Virus record (IMG/VR): IMGVR_UViG_2585427787_000004
Location: 1 to 11,928 of that record
DNA: 11,928 nucleotides
Direction: 5' to 3' (one strand)
Origin: a virus
Lineage: Duplodnaviria > Heunggongvirae > Uroviricota > Caudoviricetes
Below are positions 6,084-11,928 of this stretch, one piece after another (the stretch's first letter is position 1; each line of letters opens with the position of its first letter). The notes under the pieces are model-generated. The model ran no database searches. It had not been told where the DNA came from and saw only the letters and a list, made by a program, of their open reading frames with translations. The position numbers were made by a program, and so were the translations under genes.

Positions 6084-6634
6084 GACATTTTTTGAGCAAA
6101 CGATTCTCGCATAGGGATGTATAGCGCATATTCAGCAACAGCTAACCAATTAGCAATTCGCTTTTCGCATGTACTAAAACACCATTCCGGGTGCACCTCA
6201 TTCAACAATTCAGCCATTTTGCGTTTACTCATCCCCCGCCCTTCGTACCTTTGCCGCAGGATATCAATCAATCCAGGATAACGTGCAAGCGCTTTACTTA
6301 TCACCCCATCAATGCGTAACGCCTCTGCATCAGTACAGTGAGACAACCAGCTCTTCTGTCTGCCAGCGATCATCTCTCGCAAGAATGCTTCCAGCTCTGG
6401 TTTATCAATCCCTGACTCCCTGATTCTACGCAGGGCTTCATTGATTGCGGTTTTTGTCAGTTTTTTGGATGCCAGCAACTGATTGAACATATTTCCTGGT
6501 TTGCCACCACCTATATACGACCAACGCCCCCACATCCGTAATTTCCCCTGGATCCAGACGGCTTCCAGCGTTTTTAGACGTAAATGCTCGCCGCTTTTGC
6601 CTGTAATTTCCGGGTATATCATATTTACGATCAC
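6080..6634 (-). CDS. Putative late-gene antiterminator Q (Q-family protein)
   Basis: 184-aa ORF (GTG at 6634; first ATG at 6622). Contains an LRMWGRWSYIGGG segment resembling the WGAW segment I recall from phage 21/933W-type Q proteins, and sits in the canonical Q position: after rusA, before a promoter-terminator pair and the lysis genes. Confidence 0.6.
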   Translation of the reverse strand: MIVNMIYPEITGKSGEHLRLKTLEAVWIQGKLRMWGRWSYIGGGKPGNMFNQLLASKKLTKTAINEALRRIRESGIDKPELEAFLREMIAGRQKSWLSHCTDAEALRIDGVISKALARYPGLIDILRQRYEGRGMSKRKMAELLNEVHPEWCFSTCEKRIANWLAVAEYALYIPMRESFAQKMS

Positions 6635-6996
6635 TCACTCTCAATTTTGTAAATCTTCACGCCCAGCCGCCCCCCAGGAACGCGCTGACCGCGCACAATA
6701 TTGATTTCATCAAACTGCTCGTCGTCTATGAGAAGTCCGGCATGCGTCAGCGCATCCAGTGGTGCTTTCAGGATATTGTCCAGGTCACGACGACGTTTAT
6801 CCGGTGGCTCTGCAATAATCTTTATCGCCAGCCTTCCGGACAGGTTTAATTTCAGCCGCTGCTGGCGAACAATAAGCGCCACATCACGGCGATAACGCTC
6901 ACCGGCTTTTGATACAAAATATGTGCTGCCACGACGTCGCCAGTAAGTGTTCACCGTTGGCGGGTAAGGCAAAACAAATTCTATGCGTTCAGTCAT
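6631..6996 (-). CDS. rusA: Holliday junction resolvase RusA
   Basis: 121-aa translation with the RusA catalytic signature (PPDKRRRDLDNILKAPLDAL) and N-terminal LPYPPTVNTYW motif; size and motifs match E. coli RusA. Start ATG abuts the upstream stop (TGAATG). Confidence 0.9.
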   Translation of the reverse strand: MTERIEFVLPYPPTVNTYWRRRGSTYFVSKAGERYRRDVALIVRQQRLKLNLSGRLAIKIIAEPPDKRRRDLDNILKAPLDALTHAGLLIDDEQFDEINIVRGQRVPGGRLGVKIYKIESE

Positions 6997-8052
6997 TCAT
7001 GCTTTCCACTTCAGGACACCCGAATTTCTCGCGTGCATTAAAAAACGAATCAGCAACAACAGCTGGCTGCCGTGTTTTTCTTCAAAATCTTTTACCCCGG
7101 CGTGTAGTTCGCTATGGCATTTACGGCACAGCGGAATAACAAACAAATCATCAGCCTTTGTTCCCATCCCTCCCAGTCCATGACCAATGATGTGATGCGG
7201 ATCATCTGCCTGATTACCACACGTCATGCATTTCTGCGTTTTTACCCAACGCGTGTATACAGGCATCTCTTCCCGTCGTGGTTTCTGGCGCTGGAGATAC
7301 TGAGCCGGTGACTCCGGATCAACGGCAATGCTTACCACCGTCTTTTCCTGTGGCGGGTTTTGCTGGTGGGCGTGAGGCAGTAGCGCAATATTTTTTGTGC
7401 GCTGCTTCAGCATGCTGGTGGCGGTCTGCTCTCCCGGCACGATGTCGCTCTCGCGGTATACTGAGCGAATTTTTTCCGCGCGTAATCCCAGTGAACGACG
7501 TAACACCGTCTCCGGTAGTGCGTCCGCTACGTTATTTATGGTTGCCCACCAGGATAATTCAGCCAGCGATAATTCCCGCTCCTGCGTGCCATTCATTGCG
7601 TGGCGGATGACATCAATCATCCATGCTGACAGGTTTTGGTGAGCAAGCTGCCCGAGTGATTCGGAAGTCTGGTTACGCAGCTGGTTGTCGCAGTGCCAGC
7701 ACAACACCATCGCGCCGGTACCGTAACGATGTATGACGGTTTCACTGTGATGGTAGTCACCATGAGGCCACTGGCAGGATTTAACGTGGCGTAACAGCCA
7801 GTCAGACAATGCACCAGCACCACCAGCAGCACGAATCACCCGCTCATCGCTGAAAAATGGCAGTAATGATTTATCCTCCGCCAGCGGCTGGCGAACAGCA
7901 GGAACGACTCCGGACGGCAGACCGCGCATGCTTTTCGGTTCCGGCTCCACCAGAACTCGAGGGTTATGAAATACCTGCATGGATTCACGGCCCGGTTTTA
8001 GCACCACCAGCCCAAGTTCCGGTACCGGAACAGGTCGAAGTAATACCCGCAC
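6997..8052 (-). CDS. Phage DUF968-like protein (YdfU-like) with C-terminal Cys/His HNH-type zinc-finger motif
   Basis: C-terminal CMTCGNQADDPHHIIGHGLGG...CRKCHSELH motif. The ORF track starts at ATG 8124, which would overlap the upstream gene by about 70 nt; I prefer the in-frame GTG at 8052, preceded by GGAGG with 4-nt spacing and lying 1 nt after the upstream TAA. Confidence 0.65.
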   Translation of the reverse strand: MRVLLRPVPVPELGLVVLKPGRESMQVFHNPRVLVEPEPKSMRGLPSGVVPAVRQPLAEDKSLLPFFSDERVIRAAGGAGALSDWLLRHVKSCQWPHGDYHHSETVIHRYGTGAMVLCWHCDNQLRNQTSESLGQLAHQNLSAWMIDVIRHAMNGTQERELSLAELSWWATINNVADALPETVLRRSLGLRAEKIRSVYRESDIVPGEQTATSMLKQRTKNIALLPHAHQQNPPQEKTVVSIAVDPESPAQYLQRQKPRREEMPVYTRWVKTQKCMTCGNQADDPHHIIGHGLGGMGTKADDLFVIPLCRKCHSELHAGVKDFEEKHGSQLLLLIRFLMHARNSGVLKWKA

Positions 8053-8053
8053 G

Positions 8054-8326
8054 TTACCTCCAGATGCGTTGCTGGAATGTGCGGGACGGACGCGGTGGGC
8101 GTTCGGAATAAGGGAGCCTGACATAGATTATCCAGTGACGATAATCGAGGCTGAGGGCTTTCTTAATCTCGTATCCGCGTCTGCGGTAGTTATGAATTAG
8201 CCATTCGGCCTGTTCTTCAGTACATGGTGGGTGTTGGTACCAGTCGGTTTTAAATGCGTGTGAACGCCGCCCATGCCGGATGGCAAGGGCGGTATCAGAA
8301 TTGTGAAATTTGGTTTTGTGCGCCAT
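8054..8326 (-). CDS. Small basic hypothetical protein (90 aa); occupies the slot between the hok gene and the DUF968 gene
   Basis: ORF-track frame 8054..8485 reads through the terminator hairpin at 8408-8425 (the segment NPLRRVLFFP is the hairpin translated); trimmed to the first ATG downstream of the terminator at 8326. Translation MAHKTKFHNSDTALAIRHGRRSHAFKTDWYQHPPCTEEQAEWLIHNYRRRGYEIKK... Confidence 0.45.
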   Translation of the reverse strand: MAHKTKFHNSDTALAIRHGRRSHAFKTDWYQHPPCTEEQAEWLIHNYRRRGYEIKKALSLDYRHWIIYVRLPYSERPPRPSRTFQQRIWR

Positions 8327-8398
8327 CGGTTGTCTCTGCTGGCGCAGCAGGTGCCAGTTGTTCAGGCTGGCGTGCGAATTGTAAACCAGAATGCCAGG

Positions 8399-8425
8399 AA
8401 AAAACAAAACCCGCCGAAGCGGGTT
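8399..8425 (-). terminator. Rho-independent terminator downstream of hok
   Basis: Stem AACCCGC-CGAA-GCGGGTT (8408-8425), same stem sequence as the terminator at 5977-5995, preceded on the plus strand by AAAAAACAAAA (U-tract on the minus transcript). Confidence 0.6.
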
Positions 8426-8493
8426 AAGTGCGGGTGCGTTGAGGATGCCTGACTCATCAGAGGTGGCGAGGGATTTCTCCCTCACCTGGTCTC

Positions 8494-8649
8494 TTACTCC
8501 TCAGGTTCGTAAGCTGTGAAGACAGCGACCTCCGTCTGGCCGGTTCGGATTCGTACCTCGCAGAGGTCTTTCCTCGTTACCAGTGCCGTCACTATGACGG
8601 TTAAACAGATGACGATCAGGGCGATTAACATCGCCTTTTGCTGCTTCAT
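8494..8649 (-). CDS. hokD: Hok/Gef-family type I toxin (51 aa)
   Basis: Translation MKQQKAMLIALIVICLTVIVTALVTRKDLCEVRIRTGQTEVAVFTAYEPEE matches, as far as I can recall, E. coli HokD (RelF); typical Hok TM helix plus the conserved Cys/Tyr periplasmic tail. ATG at 8649 preceded by AAGGAG. An in-frame upstream ATG at 8706 gives a 70-aa extension (possible mok-like reading frame). Confidence 0.85.
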   Translation of the reverse strand: MKQQKAMLIALIVICLTVIVTALVTRKDLCEVRIRTGQTEVAVFTAYEPEE

Positions 8650-9050
8650 AGCCTGCTTCTCCTTGCCTTTCGGCACGTAAGAGGCTAACCTAGATTTGCC
8701 GTTCATAGATTGAGCCTCAGATTAATGTTAAACGTCTTGCAGGACGCGTAACGTTAACTGGGGCTTTTCTCTATCTGCCTTTTGGTGGCATGCCTGAGAC
8801 AGATAACCTCAAGCACCCGCAGTAATTTTACATAAAGGTTATGGTTCCTTTCAATAACTCAACAATTTCCCATCTAAATACTACTCATATAGTCATATAG
8901 GCTGGCGATAATTTAAAGATAAGACTCTCTCTTTTTCTCCACCACATAATGCATTACCAACGCAAAAGTTACCATGGTAATTATATCTTAACGAAAAATA
9001 CCCCGCGAACATATTCTACTCAACAAAAAATTTTGCGTACGCATTATTCT

Positions 9051-9079
9051 TTGTAGTATCTTAAGTATGTAATTATTTT
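9051..9079 (+). promoter_or_regulatory. Candidate sigma-70 promoter for the two-gene cassette (-35 TTGTAG, 17-nt spacer, -10 TATTTT)
   Basis: Hexamers read from sequence about 20-45 nt upstream of the ORF A ATG in an AT-rich leader; match is modest. Confidence 0.3.
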
Positions 9080-9097
9080 TTACAGGAAATTTTTGCA

Positions 9098-10012
9098 ATG
9101 GCTAGCAAGCGCTTTTTCTTCGATTTTTATCAATGTCACACTATAAGCACTGATACAAATGCAGGAGTTAATTCACCTGAAGCTGTTTTTTCAAAAATTT
9201 TTGAGTCATACAGCGAAGGCCGAGACAAAACTGTACGTAAAATAGGAAATAAACTAGTTGAAATGCGCTTCATGGAAAGAACCGACTATGGTTTCAGGGG
9301 AGTTATAGGAAAACACAGAACCAATAATCTCCCTCATGTTGCTGTAGCCGGAGGTGAAGAAAGAGAAATTAAACTTGAAATCAATGAAAACTTATTAGAA
9401 AAAGCTTATTTTCATTTTTATACCCAAGACTCAGTTTTAATAATTCAACGAAACAGACTCTGTTATGGCTGGTTGCTATTAAGTAAATATCTTTCCAACA
9501 GTTCACAAAATACAACTGTTAATCCCATCATTCAGACCAGTAGTTTAAAGTGGTTGATGCGTAATGAAGTTCGAATCAAAACTCTAGAAATCGGTATCGC
9601 TCGGCCAAAGAATGTGCAACTATATGAGGATGTTGAACATAACTTCAACAATGCATTGATAGCCACTCTAAATGGTACTAATTCTGCCAAAGTAAATCTT
9701 ACATTACGTGGGGATAGTCGTTCTGAAGATCCTGAATCTCGCTATCTAGGTTCTCAACTAAAAAGAGCCTTTAAAGAAACACTAGAGACTTTTGAGGTTG
9801 AAAAACTTAAACTAGAAACCCAAGACATTGAGACCGGTGTACAGCATCCTATCGATCTTGTAGCAGACAAATTAGTCTACTACACAGATGTTGAACTTGG
9901 AGGTAGGTATCCATTAGTTGGCAGCATTTGGAGCGCCTTAACTCTTGCAAAAGATAGTAAAGATGATGAATTGAAGGCATACTTTGGAGTAGCCAATCAA
10001 AGAGTTGATTAA
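9098..10012 (+). CDS. Hypothetical soluble protein, 304 aa (ORF A of the AT-rich cassette); no family recognised
   Basis: Long ORF with AT-rich codon usage, ATG at 9098 with a weak purine-rich stretch upstream. No Walker, HxH or other catalytic motif that I can assign with confidence. Followed 15 nt later by ORF B. Confidence 0.7.
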   Translation: MASKRFFFDFYQCHTISTDTNAGVNSPEAVFSKIFESYSEGRDKTVRKIGNKLVEMRFMERTDYGFRGVIGKHRTNNLPHVAVAGGEEREIKLEINENLLEKAYFHFYTQDSVLIIQRNRLCYGWLLLSKYLSNSSQNTTVNPIIQTSSLKWLMRNEVRIKTLEIGIARPKNVQLYEDVEHNFNNALIATLNGTNSAKVNLTLRGDSRSEDPESRYLGSQLKRAFKETLETFEVEKLKLETQDIETGVQHPIDLVADKLVYYTDVELGGRYPLVGSIWSALTLAKDSKDDELKAYFGVANQRVD

Positions 10013-10027
10013 TTTTGGAGCGATGGT

Positions 10028-10507
10028 ATGAAAAAGGGGAAATTGATAACTTTGTACAGTTATGGTTATAATTTAGCCTCTGTTGTTTTTTGTATCATCG
10101 CATGGCCTCTTTCTGCAAAGCTAAATTTTGCACAAATTCAGCCAATCGCTTCGGCCGTTTCTACATTTTCTGGGATATTATTTGGCTTTGTTTTAGGTTC
10201 GCTTACCTTGATTGCTTCAGCTAGAGATAATACGCTAATTAGAAATATAGGAAAAACTGGTTATTTGAAAAAACTGACCGAAGAAATGCACTCCACTATG
10301 GGATGGTTACTATCAGTTTGTATTATTTTTATCATTTTATTATTTTTCCCTGATACACTAAAGTTTAAATTCCCACTAGTAAAAGATGCCGACGAGCACA
10401 CATATGCCCAACTATTACTCCAAGTGGGAATTTTTTTCCTGCTTATTACATTTAAAAAATTTTATACTACCTGGTCGCGTCTAAAAGACATAACAAGGCT
10501 CATGTGA
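10028..10507 (+). CDS. Hypothetical small polytopic membrane protein, 159 aa, about four TM helices (ORF B of the cassette)
   Basis: ATG at 10028 preceded by GGAG at about 8 nt. Four hydrophobic segments (LASVVFCIIAWPL; IASAVSTFSGILFGFVLGSLTLIA; MGWLLSVCIIFIILLFF; YAQLLLQVGIFFLLITF) separated by short charged loops. Confidence 0.7.
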   Translation: MKKGKLITLYSYGYNLASVVFCIIAWPLSAKLNFAQIQPIASAVSTFSGILFGFVLGSLTLIASARDNTLIRNIGKTGYLKKLTEEMHSTMGWLLSVCIIFIILLFFPDTLKFKFPLVKDADEHTYAQLLLQVGIFFLLITFKKFYTTWSRLKDITRLM

Positions 10508-10512
10508 TATAT

Positions 10513-11037
10513 CTATAATTGCACATAAAAAGACAATCCTAACAATACTCCCATTGTAAGTTGTATATTCTTTCTTATTGTTCCATCTGAACATTTGTAC
10601 CTTCGTGCTATTGTACGCAAAGATATACCTATAACAAAATGAGCGATAATTAACTCATAGTCATCTATTCTATATTGTTTAAGCTTCAACATGCAGGTAT
10701 CAATCATACGACCTTCATCGTTGCCACACTGACGGCGTAATTTCTTACCATGAGGTACTACATCTTTATATTTATCAGCCACTTGCTGCCAGTTGATAGA
10801 ACTATTTCCAGCTGCAGCCCAAGCCCCCCAACTGTCCAAAATATCATATATATTAGCATTGCTATCCACCTTTTTTTTATATTCTTTTTTGAGGCAACCA
10901 AGAAGCATCCTGGCCATCGTTATTATTTCTATACTTGTAACTGATTCATAAGCATCAGGAGAAATAATCCTCCCATCACTTAATGCCCTTTCACTAAGAT
11001 TTGCTATTTCCAATAATCGTTCTTTAGTTATTTCCAT
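10513..11037 (-). CDS. Q-family antitermination protein paralog (phage 21/933W-Q-like), 174 aa from the ATG
   Basis: Track ORF starts at GTG 11049; the ATG at 11037 has a GGAGA Shine-Dalgarno. The C-terminal 100 aa parallel the 933W/21-type Q as I recall it: LDSWGAWAAAGN vs LERWGAWAANN, CGNDEGRMIDTCMLKLK vs CCDDDAMIICGCMARLK, YKCSDGTIRKNIQ vs HCCSDGYIGKRLQ. AT-rich codon usage. Confidence 0.65.
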   Translation of the reverse strand: MEITKERLLEIANLSERALSDGRIISPDAYESVTSIEIITMARMLLGCLKKEYKKKVDSNANIYDILDSWGAWAAAGNSSINWQQVADKYKDVVPHGKKLRRQCGNDEGRMIDTCMLKLKQYRIDDYELIIAHFVIGISLRTIARRYKCSDGTIRKNIQLTMGVLLGLSFYVQL

Positions 11038-11162
11038 TATTATCTCCACCGCCCTTTCGGGCGGCCTCCTGATGTTCTGAGGGTGCAGAAATCCCTCCGG
11101 TTAAGGATTAAATTTTATTTACAGTGCTGGATTTAATTATTCAGATTTGGATTATGCTTTCT

Positions 11163-11928
11163 GTAAGCGACTCGTCAGAACCGTATTGATATTTACTGAG
11201 AGCTCAGATCAACTTTCCAGGGCAACAGATCGCGTACCCGGTTTGCCGGCCAGTCCTGGATATGTTCAATGACGTAACGCAGCCACTTTTCTGGCTCCAC
11301 ATTGTTCAGACGGCATGTGCCGATCAGCGAGTACAACACCGCCGCATGTTCACCACCGCTGTCGGAACCCGCGAACATCCAGTTTTTCCGGCCTACGGCC
11401 ACTCCCCGTAAGGCGTTCTCTGCGATGTTGTTGTCGATTTCCACCCAGCCATTACTGCAGTACACGTTCAGTGCATCCCACTGTTTCAGCAGGTATGCGA
11501 ACGCTTTTGCCGTATCTGAGTGACGCGACAGTGTTTTCATCTGTTGCTGTATCCAGTCATACAGTGACTGCATCAGTGGCGCGGCTCTGGCTTTTCTTGC
11601 CGCCAGACGCTGTTCTGCTGAACAGCACCGGACCTCTGCCTCGATGGCATACAGTTCACCGATACGCTGCAGGGCTTCCGTGGTGATGTAGGTGGGCGCT
11701 CTTGCATGCACATCGTGGATTTTTCTCCGGGCATGAGCCATACACGCGGCTTCCGTTATTCTGCCGGATTCGTATAACGCCCGGTAACCACCGTAAGCAT
11801 CGGCCTGAAGCACACCGCTGTAACCGGCCAGGTGATTTTGTGGATGGATACCTTTCCGGTCCGGACTGTACGCGAACCAGACCGCCGGGGGCATCTGTGA
11901 ACCGGCGTTACGGTCATCACGGACGTAG
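11163..11928 (-). mobile_element. IS66-family insertion sequence, right-end portion (terminal repeat beginning GTAAGCG at 11163); element continues past the window end
   Basis: IS66-family terminal inverted repeats start with GTAAGCG; this motif sits about 30 bp beyond the stop of the IS66-type transposase ORF, the expected geometry for the tnpC-proximal end. Confidence 0.65.
11193..11928 (-). CDS. IS66-family transposase (TnpC/orf3), C-terminal part; N-terminus lies outside the window
   Basis: Translation has the characteristic IS66 TnpC segments ([56 protein letters not shown]). The frame stays open from the track start (11894) to the window edge. Confidence 0.8.
   Translation of the reverse strand, partial: YVRDDRNAGSQMPPAVWFAYSPDRKGIHPQNHLAGYSGVLQADAYGGYRALYESGRITEAACMAHARRKIHDVHARAPTYITTEALQRIGELYAIEAEVRCCSAEQRLAARKARAAPLMQSLYDWIQQQMKTLSRHSDTAKAFAYLLKQWDALNVYCSNGWVEIDNNIAENALRGVAVGRKNWMFAGSDSGGEHAAVLYSLIGTCRLNNVEPEKWLRYVIEHIQDWPANRVRDLLPWKVDLSSQ

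Noticed and set aside
6438-8200. Assorted plus- and minus-strand ORFs (6438..6644, 6483..6704, 6701..6895, 6909..7139, 6983..7183, 7114..7311, 7278..7610, 7397..7642, 7617..7832, 7857..8111, 7979..8200) across the Q, rusA and DUF968 genes
   Set aside because: All overlap the better-supported Q, rusA and DUF968 genes in antisense or alternative frames; no independent support.
8326-8485. N-terminal 53 codons of ORF-track frame 8054..8485
   Set aside because: This part of the frame is the translation of the terminator hairpin and its U-tract; the gene more plausibly starts at the ATG at 8326 downstream of the terminator.
9098-10507. Direct assignment of ORF A/B to lambda RexA/RexB
   Set aside because: Only the size and topology are similar (soluble protein plus small four-TM protein); I could not recognise sequence motifs shared with RexA or RexB as I recall them, so homology is not claimed.
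10750-10944. Plus-strand 64-aa ORF inside the Q-like paralog
   Set aside because: Antisense to the Q-like gene with a poly-Phe/Ile low-complexity translation typical of AT-rich antisense frames.
11302-11686. Plus-strand ORFs 11302..11523 and 11315..11686
   Set aside because: Antisense to the IS66 transposase gene; shadow ORFs.
1-11928. CRISPR arrays, rRNA genes, integrase or attachment site
   Set aside because: No array of regularly spaced direct repeats, no rRNA-like sequence and no integrase-like ORF seen; the three tRNAs are an internal phage cluster with complete 3' ends rather than a truncated tRNA at an att site.

Overview
The window reads as part of a mosaic lambdoid prophage in an enterobacterial (E. 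coli-like) genome, with almost all phage genes on the minus strand. Read from high to low coordinate: IS66-family element (partial, 11163-11928); an AT-rich island (about 8707-11160) holding a Q-family antiterminator paralog and, on the opposite strand, a two-gene cassette of a 304-aa soluble protein plus a 159-aa four-helix membrane protein; a Hok-family toxin gene; a small basic protein; a DUF968-like protein; rusA; a Q-type antiterminator followed by a candidate late promoter and terminator; a small HTH-like ORF; an orphan DPPY DNA methyltransferase; three phage tRNAs (Ile-CAU, Arg-UCG, Arg-UCU); a lysis cassette (putative holin, second membrane protein, M15-peptidase endolysin) with no recognisable spanin pair; a moron block (small TM peptide, lipoprotein, acidic protein); a non-coding candidate cos region; and terminase small (Nu1-like) and large (gpA-like, truncated by the window start) subunits. 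The best candidate for an undescribed system is the AT-rich two-gene cassette at 9098-10507, which has the architecture of sensor-plus-membrane-effector abortive-infection modules but which I cannot assign to any family I recognise. All protein assignments rest on reading the translations against remembered family motifs and on gene order; no database search or computation was possible, so compositional statements are by eye.
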